NCBI RefSeq assembly: GCF_028641065.1
Contig: NC_073389.1
Span: 23,498,001 to 23,562,000 of the forward strand
Reading direction: 5' to 3'
Source of the DNA: Leucoraja erinacea
Taxonomy: Eukaryota
Length of the DNA: 64,000 nucleotides
Shown here: positions 40,153 through 51,210 of the stretch, piece after piece
Layout: every line of letters begins with the position of its first letter
How positions within the stretch are numbered: the first letter of the stretch is position 1
The notes under the pieces: generated by a model
Database searches by the model: none
Seen by the model: the letters and a program-made list of their open reading frames with translations, nothing else
What the model was told of the DNA's origin: nothing
Translations under genes and position numbers: made by a program

Positions 40153-40674
40153 CTTCAGGGAAGAAAATGTACAGCTATGATCACACCACAATTATACTGG
40201 GGATTATAATGGCAATACGTCTGCTCCTTCCTTCAACGCACTGAAATAATAGCTAAGGTAACATTATATGGAACCAAAATACTTGACAGATTATCATTTG
40301 TACATAATTAGCAAAGTCCTAATCTATTATAAGTGGCATTCATTAGATCTTAATAAAAGGAGTTCAGGATAGATATTACATTTTGTCATTTATGACTAGA
40401 TACAGCCTTTGAAACGCCAACAATCAGTGAACCTGACAAAAACTGACTAGGTTTTGTGAGATTCATTATAAATGTCATTGTCATTTGGTGCATGGTCTTT
40501 GTAGAACAGTAACCTGGTCTAGGGAGTGGCAGAATTTGGGTCATGCATGGAAATGCCTGTCCTGACTGTCTCAAATAGGTGGCTACATAAAACTAGAACC
40601 CCAAACCTCTATTTCAATATGCTGAAGAAAAGAAAAAAAGCTTGTCAGAATCAGCCAAAATAACAGATACTTAC

Positions 40675-40757
40675 AACTTTCAAGTTCCAATGAGCAGTTC
40701 TGAGTATCAAGAGGAAAGTTGCTAAAATCCATTGAACAAATAGCAGTGACAGTTGTC
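40675..40757 (-). CDS. GABRR3: GABRR3 coding exon 5 (Cys-loop)
   Basis: 83 nt, CTGTAG|G...T|GTAAGT. Encodes TTVTAICSMDFSNFPLDTQNCSLELES with the C-x13-C loop. Confidence 0.96.
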
Positions 40758-40919
40758 CTACAGAAAATATCAATTAATAATAAATAATGCTTTAATTTCA
40801 TAAACACTGAAACAATTTGTAAAATAGACTTGCGGCTATTTGATTGTAAAGTTCAAGATTCATCAATCCTAAAATATCTATCCATTGTAAAATATCTAGC
40901 CAGTTTTGCCTTCTACCGT

Positions 40920-41420
40920 TAGGCCCCATATCTGGGGAAGGATGTGCTGGCATTGGAAAGGGTTCTGAGGAGGTTTATGAGAATGATCCCAGGGATGATT
41001 GGGTTAATGTATGATGAGCATTTGACAGCTCTGGGCCTCCACTCGCTGGAGTTTAGAAGGATGCATGGGGGATGCCATTGAAACTTACTGAATAAAGAAA
41101 GGCCTGGAGACAGTGGATGTGGAGAGGATGTTTCCACTAGTGGGAGGGTCTATGACCAGAGGGCACAGCGTCAGAATAAAAGGATGTACCTTTAGAGAGG
41201 AGATGAGGAGGAATTTCTTTGGGCAGAGGATGGTGAATCTGTTGCGTGTTTTTAAAGCAGAGATTGACAGGTTATTGATTAGTAATGGTGTCAAAGGTTA
41301 TGCGGAGAAGGCAGGAGAATGGGGTTGAGAGGGAAAGATAGAACAGCCTTGATTGAATGGCGGAGTAGACTTGATGGGCTGAATGACCCAATTCTGCTCC
41401 TATAACTTATGAACTTGTGA
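40920..41420 (+). mobile_element. CR1 LINE 3' fragment
   Basis: DVERMFPLVGGSMTRGHSVRIKG...MRRNFF and (AACTTATG)n tail. Confidence 0.85.
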
Positions 41421-41575
41421 GACTACCATTGATGCAATAGAACATCGATTTTCTGTTCTTGACATGACCGAATAAAACAATCATCAGATATTTATGGAAG
41501 GAAAACGTATTAAATATCAATATGAAAAATTTGTCCTCAAAAATACAAATGTATTTTAAATTAACAATATGTTAC

Positions 41576-41799
41576 CTTAGGCTGTAGAGGATGTGGCCAT
41601 CGGGATACACCCTTAGCATGATATTCTCCATAGTGGTGTCATGTATGAAGGATCTTTTAGAGTGAACAAAAAATACATCTGGAACCCAAATTTTCTTGAC
41701 TAATCTTCCATCAAATGTCATACTTCTGTTGTTGGAACTTGGAAAAGCAAGTCTGCCATCTTTCCAGTAATGTCTTAGGTATAAAGTCATCGTAAAGTC
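41576..41799 (-). CDS. GABRR3: GABRR3 coding exon 4
   Basis: 224 nt, CCTTAG|GAC...AG|GTAACA. Encodes DFTMTLYLRHYWKDGRLAF...KKIWVPDVFFVHSKRSFIHDTTMENIMLRVYPDGHILYSL. Confidence 0.97.
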
Positions 41800-42032
41800 C
41801 TAAGGATAAGAACCAAATATAGCCATGTGAATTGTGAATCAATAAAGATGGTTGTTAGAAACAAAGGTTATTAATGCTGATGTAAAGCCATTAACTGGGG
41901 ATGGTGGAATAGTAAACAAGAAAACAGCATTATCAATATCTTAAAAAATACATGAACTCCTCATACTGACTAGACCAAATCAATGCAATTATGTAGAGCT
42001 GTTTTATTGGAAATAACTGAATCTTCGCTTAC

Positions 42033-42100
42033 CATATCAACTTCAGAAATGCTGTCAATGCTTTCAATCTGGACATCTATACCAACTGTTACTGCCGGTC
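42033..42100 (-). CDS. GABRR3: GABRR3 coding exon 3
   Basis: 68 nt, TTTAAG|GA...ATG|GTAAGC. Encodes (G)PAVTVGIDVQIESIDSISEVDM. Confidence 0.95.
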
Positions 42101-42194
42101 CTTAAAAAAAAGCAAATGACAAATGTGTCCAATTTTAACTTTAGTTAATTTTTCCGTTCTTAATGTTTCAAAAATAACTGTTGTCCTGCAGTGT

Positions 42195-42391
42195 AGGAAG
42201 GAACTGCAGATGCTGGTTTATACTGAAGATGGGTACAAAGTGCTGGAGTAACACAGCGTGTCAGGCAGCATCTCTGGAGAAAAAGGATGGGTGACGTTTC
42301 GGGTCGGAATCCTTCAGTCTGCAGAAGGGTGCCGACCCGAAACGTCACCCATCCTTTTTCTGCAGAGGTACTGCCAGCACTTTGTGTTTAT
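42195..42391. mobile_element. Palindromic Penelope-derived short element with perfect 17-bp TSD
   Basis: Direct repeat ctgttgtcctgcagtgt at 42178-42194 and 42392-42408. Arms 42272-42307 and 42332-42367 are reverse complements at 35 of 36 positions. Confidence 0.88.
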
Positions 42392-42764
42392 CTGTTGTCC
42401 TGCAGTGTGTGCCTTATGCATTCTTAATAATCTAAATAAATTGGGGGGTTTTTAATGCAGCTGCGTGAAATCTGAGATAAAAATATTAGAAATATTCAAA
42501 ACATACAACAGGTCAGACAACATAAATATAGAGAATGGAAATTAGAAGAGTATTTGATTAACCTTTCGATTCTGGGTAAAACTGGGAACTGATACTAATT
42601 CTGGCATAAATGTACCAGAAAAAGGGATGAGGAATGAGATATTAGGCCTGGCACAAAGCATGTTCCAAAGAGACTAAGAGCAACTAATCAAGAACAACTA
42701 ATCTCACACCTCATCTGTTTAATAGAATATTTTCTTCATGTGTAAAAAATAAAAGAATATTTAG

Positions 42765-43490
42765 AAACAAAGAACTGCAGAGGCTGGTTTAAACAAAAAG
42801 AGGCAAAGTGCTGGAGTAACTCAGCAGGTCAGGCACCATCTCTGGAGAATATGGATAGGTGACGCATCAGGTTGGGACCCTTCTTCAGACTGATTGTTGG
42901 TGGAAGGGGGAGAAGGCTGGGAGAGCGGAGGGGCAGAACAAATTGAGGCAAGTAGTAGGTAGACACAAGCGAGAGGGGGGATTGATAGGCAGATGGTTGG
43001 AACAAAGGTTAGAGATTAAAGCAGAAGAAGGGGAAAATATTTAATAGGAATCTGAGGGGTAACGTTTTCATACAAAGGATGGTGGGTGTATGGAACAAGC
43101 AGCCAGAGGAGGTAGTTGAGGCTGGGACTATCCCAACATTTAAGAAACAGTTAGACAGGTATATGGATAGGACAGGTTTGGAGGGATGTGGACCAAGTGC
43201 AGGCAGGTAGGACTAGTGTAGCTGGGACATGTTGGCTGCTGTGGGCAATTTGGGCCAATGGGCCTGTTTCCACACTGTATCACTCCATGACTCTATGTGT
43301 TATAGCCTGATTGAAGAGTTGCAAATTGTGAAGCCAGAGGAAGGAATGTAGGGGAAGGGGAGGGTGAAGGGGGAAATAGGTGTTAGTCCAATTGGGGTAC
43401 AAAGTTGAAGGGGGGGGGGAAGGGGCGGGGCGAAGTTGTTAGAGCTTATCTAAATTTGGATAATTCAATGTTCATACCATTGGATTGTAA
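42765..43490. mobile_element. Penelope terminal-repeat fragment interrupted by a CR1 3' end (~43035-43300)
   Basis: Penelope-type arm and purine-rich segment on both sides of a plus-strand CR1 tail. Confidence 0.7.
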
Positions 43491-43919
43491 ATTAAAAAAA
43501 ATATTTGTCAGAGTTGGAATCTTAAAAAAAATTCACAAAAGCGTAAAAAACTAATAAAACCAAACAATTTATATCATATCTATTTTGTGTTTCTCATTTA
43601 TGTTTATTTGCTTGGATTAATAGTACTATGTTGCTATTTATATCACAACTAAAATGCATGGGCATTTATTATCAGAGATTATGAATTGGATTAAATATTA
43701 TTATAACATTGAACGTCTCATGACATAAATTCTTTGGAAAACTATTCTGTTTTAAAACTGAAATAAAATGTTTATTTGGTACATTTAACAACACAGTTTT
43801 GAAGTGTAGACACCTTGCAAAGTAGGAATCAAGACAGCCTATTTGTACAAATGCCCTCACATAAAATAATGTGGTAATTACCAAATGACAGGTTTTCTTT
43901 AAAGTTCCATGGAGGTAAA

Positions 43920-44305
43920 TTATGTTACATTTGTATAAGACATTGGTGAGGCCAAATTTGGAGTATTGTGTTCAGTTTTGGTCACCCAGCTATCGGAAAG
44001 ATGTTGTTATGTTGGAAAGAGTGCTGAGAAGATTTACGAGGTTATTACCAGGAATTGAGGGCCTGAACTACAGGGTTGGGCAAGATAGAACATTATTCCT
44101 TGAAGTGCAGGAGGAGGATGGGTGAGCTGAAAGAGGTGTGTAAGATCATGGGGGGGATAGATAGGGTAGCACAGAGTCATTTACCCAGAGTAGGTGAATC
44201 AAGAGCCAGAGGTCATAGGTTTAAAAGTGAGAGGAGAAAGATTTAATGGGAGCCTGAGAGGCAACTTTATCACATGAAGGGTGGTAGATGTATGGAACGA
44301 ATTGA
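43920..44305 (+). mobile_element. CR1 LINE fragment
   Basis: LYKTLVRPNLEYCVQFWSPSYRKDV motif, frameshifted downstream. Confidence 0.85.
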
Positions 44306-44769
44306 CGGGTGGGGAGGGGTCTAGAAGCAAGAAAAGATAAAGAAAAGATTCATGTATCCACCCCCCCTCCCCCTCCTACAATCAGTATGAAGAAGAATCC
44401 CAACCTGAAACGTCACCTATCCATTTTCTCCAGAGATGCTGCCTGACCTACTGAGTTACTCCAGCATTTTGTGTCTGCCATTTGAGTCAAGTAGATTTGA
44501 GTGCCAAAAGATTTTATTTGTTTAAACCATCTTGCCGATGGCAATATGTACTGTTAGTTGCATTTTTAATGTAAACAATTGCTCTTCTGGGATCCAGAAT
44601 TGTGCAAAATTGTCATTTAAATTGCCCATTCCTGATATTCCATGAGCCATATAAAAGACAGATTGGCAGTTCTGTTTTTCAAAACCCAAGTAAACTAAAA
44701 AATGGAAAGAACCACAATCATACTGTCATAAACTGTAGAACAGAATAGGAAGATTATTAGAAAACCTAC

Positions 44770-44876
44770 CTCCAAATCCAGGTCTCATTGCAAAATCATG
44801 GTCATCTACTCGAAGGAGTTGTTCAGATTTTGTTAAATGAACTTTGGTTGAATCTGATCTTTTGCTCTCTGATCGA
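44770..44876 (-). CDS. GABRR3: GABRR3 coding exon 2
   Basis: 107 nt, CTTTAG|T...G|GTAGGT. Encodes RSESKRSDSTKVHLTKSEQLLRVDDHDFAMRPGFG. Confidence 0.93.
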
Positions 44877-45514
44877 CTAAAGGCAAGTAAAACAAGATTT
44901 TACAACGTTAATTTTAGCGCATCAAACCAACTTACTTTCAAACGCTGGACACAAAATGCTGGAGTAACTCAGTAGGTCAGGCAACATCTGATGGGCTGAA
45001 TGGTCTAATTCTGCTCCTATGTCTTGTGAACATATGAACTTATGAATCTCTGGAGAAAATGGATAGGCAACGTTTCGGGCTGACCTTTCTTCAGAACCGA
45101 AATCAGAAACGTCACCTCTCCATATTCTCAAGTGATGCTGCCTGACCCACACAGTTAGTCCAGCATTTTGTGAATTAAATTCATCAGGATTTTAAAATCA
45201 TGACAAGATGTTACATTTTCCAATAGACTGTGCAAAGAGAAGATCAAAATTGTCAGGGTGTGTGAATGATGTCAGCAACTGATACTGGCAAGAGAGAGTG
45301 GAAGGAATTAAAATGAAACCTTTAATCTGCTGAAACCTCCTGGACCGACACTAGCCCTGTTACCCAGAAGATTTAGATAATACCAATGAAGAAATGCCAC
45401 TGACTAAACTAGAGAGCTTGAGGAATCGAGAGGTATAAGAGAAGAATGTACCAGGGTGTACAAATAGCTGCCCATGGTTTCATTCCTTGAAGCCTGATAT
45501 AATGAATACTCGAA

Positions 45515-45730
45515 CAAACATTGCTGGAGTAACTCAGCAGGTCGGGCAGTATCTGTGGAGCAAATGTAGACAGATGATGTTTCAGGTCAAGATCCTTCTT
45601 CAGATCCAGAAAGGTCCCAACCCTGAAAAGTTACCTGTCCATTCCCTCCACAGATGCTGCCTGACCCATTGATTTCCTCCAGCATTTTGTGTTTTGCTCA
45701 AGATTCCAGCATCTGCAGTTTCTTTTGTCT
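45515..45730. mobile_element. Palindromic Penelope-derived short element (another at ~44945-45172)
   Basis: Inverted arms meeting near 45605. Confidence 0.7.
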
Positions 45731-46035
45731 TTAATAGATACTTGTCTGAAATTAAGGATAACCAAGGAGCATTTGGAATGAAACTGCTCTTTGGTGACTG
45801 TAAATCGAGAACACATTTTACCTCACCTAATTTTCTTGGAAAGAAAGTCAAGCTCTGTCAAATGGGTCAAGAAAGCCAAGCTCTGGCAAGCTGTCAAGGG
45901 TGTATGTATTTCTTCCATCTAGTAGTTTGATTTAGCTTAGAGTTGTATCATGAAAGAATAGTGAGATATATTTACGTGGAGGCAAACTGAAGTAAGGACA
46001 ATGACGTGAAGGATATAAGGCACTACAGTCCAAAG

Positions 46036-46124
46036 AACTAAAAAAGGGTCTCCACCCAAAACATCACCCATTCTCTGGAGATGCTGCCTGTCCCGCTGAG
46101 TTACACCAGCATTTTGTGTCTATT
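46036..46124 (+). mobile_element. Solo Penelope terminal-repeat fragment with 12-bp TSD
   Basis: tacagtccaaag at 46024-46035 and 46125-46136. Confidence 0.78.
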
Positions 46125-46764
46125 TACAGTCCAAAGGATACATCGACTGGGTACTCTTCTGGTGTGAGCAGGATGAAAACTGGACGGACAAGATTCAAAG
46201 CTAATAATAGGCATGCTTAGATTAGATTAGATTAGATAGCAATGCCCCAAACCTATTGTTTGAAATATTTGTCCATGATGATGAAAACAGTTATAGTAAA
46301 GAAGAAAAATCTCATTTTATGGAGAAACAAAAAACTGCAGATTCTAGTTTACAAAAAAAAAAGTTAGATGGTGGTGAAGTAACTCAACGGGTTGGGCAGC
46401 ATCTCTGGAGAACATGGATAGGTGACGTTTCATGCCAGTGGGGCAGAAAGCTGGAAGAGGCGAGGCAGAACAAGGCCTGGTGAGTGATAGGTGGATACAG
46501 GTGAGGGGGCTTTTTGGTAGTCAGATGGTTGGCCCAAGGCCAGAGAGGAAAAGACAAAAGGTGGGAGATGAGGATAGAAGAATTATGAATTGTGAACCCA
46601 AAGGAAGAAATATTGGTGGTAAGGGAAGTGGGAGTGGGAAATGGTTCAGCATCCAGATAGGGCAAAGGGGTGGGGTGGGGGACGGGGGGGGGGGTTGGGG
46701 GACAGGGGGGGGGGGGGGGGGGGGGGGGGGGAGGACAGGGAGGAAGGGAGGGTTGCAGGTGAGA

Positions 46765-47095
46765 TTTAGTTTTAGAGATACAGCGTGGAAACAGGTCCTT
46801 CAGCCCGCCATGTCCACGTCAACCATCGGTCACACATTTACACCAGTTCTATGTTATCCCAATTTTCCATCCGTTCCCTACACACTAGGGGCAATTTACA
46901 GAGGCCAATTAACCTGCAAACCCGCACGTCTTTGGGATGTGGGAGGAAAGCAGAGCACCCGGAAGAAACCCACGTGTTCACAGGCAGAACGTGCAAACTC
47001 CACACAGACTGCACCCTAGGTCAGGATCGAACCTGTGTCTTTGGCGCTGTGAAGCAGTAACTTTACCTCTGCGCCACAATGCCACCACTGTGCCG
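46765..47095 (-). mobile_element. HE1-like SINE (another at ~47975-48285)
   Basis: Full head, core and tail on the minus strand. Confidence 0.85.
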
Positions 47096-48411
47096 TTAGT
47101 TAACAAAAATTGGAGAATTCAATGTTCATACGTGATGTTGTAAACTATCTCATCTTATGTGTTGGTAATAATGATTTCCCACCTAAAACCTATCCTCAGC
47201 CAGTATTCTAAGTCAGTTCATCTTCATGAAATCGCTACAGGAGTTTCCAGATGAGCAGTTTATCGTAGAACAGTCCTTATAGAGTTTCAGATTGCTGTGG
47301 AACAAAAAGCTAAAATCTATCCCCGCCTGAAATAAAATGGCTAAACTGAACTGATGAATCCAATGATGAACGTCATTGTCTTTAATGTTATGAAAAAGTT
47401 CAGGTGGGGACTGCAGATGCTGGAATCCTGAGCTAAACACAAAGTGCCGGTGGAACTCAGCAGGTCAGGCAGCATCTGGGTAGGGAAAGGACAGACAACG
47501 TTTCACATCGGGAGCCTTCTTCAGACTAAAGTCTTTAGAAGGGTCGACATTTTTCCTTTGTTTCGGACTTGTGTTCAGTTGGAGGGATTATATTTAATGA
47601 CAAACATATTGGGTCAGATCACACTGGGCTGGGAATAACACAGAGTGCTGGAGGTACTCAGCAGGTCAAGCAGCATCTTGGGGAGGGAAGGGACAGGTGA
47701 CGTTTCAGGTTGGGAAATGCAAATCTTTAAACGTTTTAAAAGGACACAAAGTGCTGGAGCAACTCAGCAGGACAGGCAGCATCTCTGGAGAACGTGGACA
47801 GGTGATTGTAGGGGGAGGGAGAGGATGAACCTGGCAAAGGAGGGAGGAAGGACAAAGCGTGGCAGGTAATAGGTCGACATTGGTGTGGGGAGGGGGGAGG
47901 AGTTGATAGACAGATTGATGGAATAAAGGCTAGTGATAAGAACAGAAGGTGTGAGAGGTTCAAAGAGTTGTGGACTTTAGTTTAGTTTTGTTTAATTTAG
48001 AGATAGGGCTTGGAAACAGGCCCTTCGGCCCACCCAGTCCTCACCGACCAATGATCGCCCATACACTAGTTCTATCCTACATACTAGAAATAATTTACAG
48101 AAGACAATTAACCTACAAACTTGCACGTCCTCAGAATGTGGGAGGAAAGCCGAGCACCTGGAGAAAACCCAGTGGTCAGAGGGAGAACGTACAAACTCTG
48201 TACAGACAGCACCTGAGGTCAGGATCGAACCTAGGTCTCTGGCACTGGAAGGCAGCAGCCCTACTGCTGCGCCACTGTGCTGCCCAAGTAGTGGATTAAG
48301 AAGCCAGGGGGAGGAAAGTAGCAGAGGGAGGGGATGGGAGAAATAGGTGAGAGTCCAGGTAGGGCACAGAGGAAGGAAGGAAGGGGTGAGAGAGAGAGCG
48401 GGTGGGCTTAC

Positions 48412-48533
48412 CTTTCCTGCTTGACCTCTTGAGCTGCAGGGGGCTGGTGCCGTCTCTTGGCATGATTGGCACTTCCAGTTTCCATCGCAACTGGCAGCAG
48501 GGTAAGGAACATCAGCTCCCAAAACAGCAGCAT
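48412..48533 (-). CDS. GABRR3: GABRR3 coding exon 1 (signal peptide)
   Basis: GCCATG Kozak context, 122 nt, MLLFWELMFLTLLPVAMETGSANHAKRRHQPPAAQEVKQE, donor AG|GTAAGC in phase 2, matching the next exon. All nine exons total 1398 nt = 465 aa plus stop. Confidence 0.85.
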
Positions 48534-49969
48534 GGCGTTTAATGCACACTATCTCCAACGCACACAACCAAGGTAACTCAAGGCGTCATGTCAATGTGAC
48601 CAGATCACCTACGAAATCCATCAGAAAAGTACCTGCCCGTCCGAAGATGAGACACATTTCACCTTCTCTCTTTATGATCCCCAATTCTGGAGTCCACTTT
48701 TAGTCCGGTCGGGGGAGGAAAATTCTTCTTAAAATGCAAAAATAAATTGAACAGCTTTTAGAATTAACTCGCTCTGCTGCCTGACAGGAATTGTCCTTAT
48801 TTTTTTAGGATTCAGGCATGAAGATAATGTCATATTTAAATCCGCGGGACTCCAGCGTCAGGACCCAAGATGATTGCACACAAAATGCATTTCAGAAAAT
48901 GAGGGGAATGGAATGACCTTAATTCGCTTTAATCCTCTTCATCACCATGCAGATACCGTGCCAAAAGGAGTCCAATAACAATGAAATCTAATGAAACTGG
49001 AAAGGAATCACCAGCAAAGCTCGCTCATTCGCTCCTACTCCCCTGGAAACATTACGATACGGAAATATTGTGAATTTGATTAGAACCAACAAATAAATGT
49101 AGCTATGAATTTCCCCTCTCCCCATTTAAAACATAACCGTGCTTCACTGTGAAGAGTTTTATGTTTACGTGAGTAAGCATTTTGTTTGAATCCTATCAGA
49201 AAATAAATGCAAATAACATGTTGCAATAGAAATGATCTTTCTTTTAATAAGCTAACATCTACATCGGTCTATACATTAATTCAGTACATTAATAAGTGCA
49301 CTAAATTAATTAATGTACTAAATTAATAAATGGAATAGACTGGTTAATGCGTACAGTGAATGCAATAACAACACAAACCCCCGTGGTTAAATCCGCAAAT
49401 GGTCTTTTAAAAAAAATAATCTTGACATTTTCAGAATTAAGAAAATCTATGATGATTGGGAGGGGGCTAGCTGGTGACATGGGGATATTGAACAAGGTGA
49501 AAATTCCAACAGGCGACGGAGGAATTGAGACAAACAGATTGAATTCTGCAGATCTTCCCAATCCTTTGGAAAGGAGAATTAATAATAAACAGCTTTTCAC
49601 GCACGCTTGGCGAGGGGGGAAATCGCTCTTTGCAGATTAAGTTGTGGATTGTCATTGGCAAGTCTGCAGAAACCCTTCTGTCCTCGAAATTGCCTGCTCA
49701 AGTGCTCAACAACTTGTCAAAAATACTGGGATATTCCACACAAACTGCTCCAAAAAAGGCAAAGAGTGAGAACCTAGAGAGGCTAAGCCTTTACAAACAA
49801 GCGAGAGAATAGATATAAACCGCATAAACAAGGTAAACGATTGCAAAATAAGTGGGGGGAAACGTGAGAATTGCATTGATTAAAGCAAAGTATAAACACT
49901 GTATAGAAATGGATGTTTAATGTTCACCTGTGTAGGCAAGGAAAGAAACAATGAACAAGAAATAAACAA

Positions 49970-50668
49970 GGTCGACAAAAATGATGGAGAAACTCTGCGG
50001 GTGAGGCAGCATCTATGGAGCGAAGGAAATAGGTGACGTTTCGGGTCGAGACCCTTCTTCAGACTGATGTGGGGGGCGGGAGGAGGAAGGTTGAGACAGT
50101 GGGCTGTGGGAGAGCTGGGAAGGGGAGGGGAAAGAAGGAGAAAGCAGGGACTACCTAAAATTGTAGAAGTCAATGTTCATACCGCTGGGGTGTAAACTAC
50201 ACAAGCGAAATATGAGGTGCTGCACCTCCAATTTACGGTGGGCCTCACTCTGGCCATGGAGGAGGCCCAGGACAGAAAGGTCGGATTCGGAATGGGAGGG
50301 GGAGTTGAAGTGCTGAGCCACCGGGAGATCAGGTTAGTTATTGCGAACCGAGCGAAGGTGTTGGGCGAAGCGATCGCCAAGTCTCCGCTTGGTCTCACTG
50401 ATGTAGAGCAGCTGACACCTAGAGCAGCGGATGTAATAGATGAGGTTGGAGGAGGTGCAGGTGAACCTCTGCCGCACCTAGAAAGACTGCTTAGGTCCTT
50501 GGATGGAGTCAAGGGGGTAGGTAAAGCGACAAGTGTAGCATTTCCTGCGGTTACAAGGGAAAGTACCAGGGGAGGGGGTGGTTTGAGTGAGAAGGGACGA
50601 ATTGACCAGGGAGTTACGGAGGTAGCGGTCTCTGCGGAAAGGTGAAAGGGGAGGAGAAGGGAAGATGT
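49970..50668 (-). mobile_element. Penelope-like retroelement 3' part: GIY-YIG endonuclease remnant plus terminal repeat
   Basis: Minus-strand translation ...PGTFPCNRRKCYTC...RFTCTSSNLIYYIRCSRCQLLYISETKRRLGDRFAQHLRSV...PVAQHFNSPSH...LEVQHLIFRL...PSGMNIDF, with two internal stops and TAG at 50153-50151. Frame not shown in the ORF track. Confidence 0.9.
50032..50065 (-). ncRNA. Minimal type I hammerhead ribozyme motif in the Penelope terminal repeat
   Basis: Minus strand reads AGU-CUGAAGA-A-GGGU(CUCG)ACCC-GAAA-CG-UC-ACC: intact CUGAnGA and GAAA boxes, stem II, GUC cleavage triplet, and palindromic ACGU in place of stem III. Activity untested. Confidence 0.72.
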
Positions 50669-51210
50669 GGCCGGATTTACCTACAGGTTTGGTAGGCTGA
50701 AGCCTAGGACCTCAAAATCTAGGGGGCCTCCGGCCAAGGTGTATAATATTTTTGACACTGTCATAGGCCTTTCGTACATATGCTGTAACAACGCACTGTA
50801 GTCTCTAAACAACTCTTCAGTAATTTTCCTTGCCCTCCATTTCAGAATAATAGTTTTAAGGGCCTGTACCACTGTACGAGGTCATTCAAGAGCTCTCCCA
50901 AGTTTAAAAAAAATCAAACTCATGGTAAGCACGTAGAATGTACGTAGCGGGTACGTCGGAGCTCGGGACGTCTCTTAGCTGCTCGTAACGCTAACGGCAG
51001 ATACTGGGCATGTCCATGAGAGCCCCGAGTACCTACGAGCGGATATTACCGTAAATTCTCCGAGTCTGGGGAAACTCGGGAGAACTCTTGAATTAGCTTG
51101 TACAGTGGGACAGGCCTATTAAGCCGATAACTCGACACTGGCACTGGCTATAAATAAATGTTTTAAAAGGGCAGCTTTCTAGCCCCTTATCTCATTAACC
51201 ACGCTCGACT
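50669..51210 (+). mobile_element. hAT-like element end, copy 1 (interrupted by a MITE)
   Basis: Near-identical to 54567-54830 (GCCGGATTTACCTACAGGTTTGGTAGGCTGAAGCCTAGGAC...). Confidence 0.7.
50859..51118. mobile_element. PIF/Harbinger-like MITE with TTA TSD
   Basis: Imperfect TIR of about 40 bp (GGCCTGTACCACTGTACGAG / CTTGTACAGTGGGACAGGCC). The paralogous empty site at ~54755-54775 reads tagttttaagccgataac. A related partial copy lies at ~51355-51651. Confidence 0.8.

Noticed and set aside
29079-48533. Assignment as GABRR1 or GABRR2, or as a pseudogene
   Set aside because: The MAFDGCYHD loop, TTMENIMLRV, DTQNCSLELES and linkage to RIOX2 favour rho3. All nine exons splice in frame without stops.
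46432-48567. ORFs of 195 aa and 191 aa
   Set aside because: Read-through of Penelope, poly-G and SINE sequence. The real GABRR3 exon at 48412-48533 is in a different frame.
50177-50645. ORFs 50177-50512 (minus) and 50217-50645 (plus) as genes
   Set aside because: They are alternative and antisense frames of the Penelope GIY-YIG remnant. The meaningful frame has internal stops.
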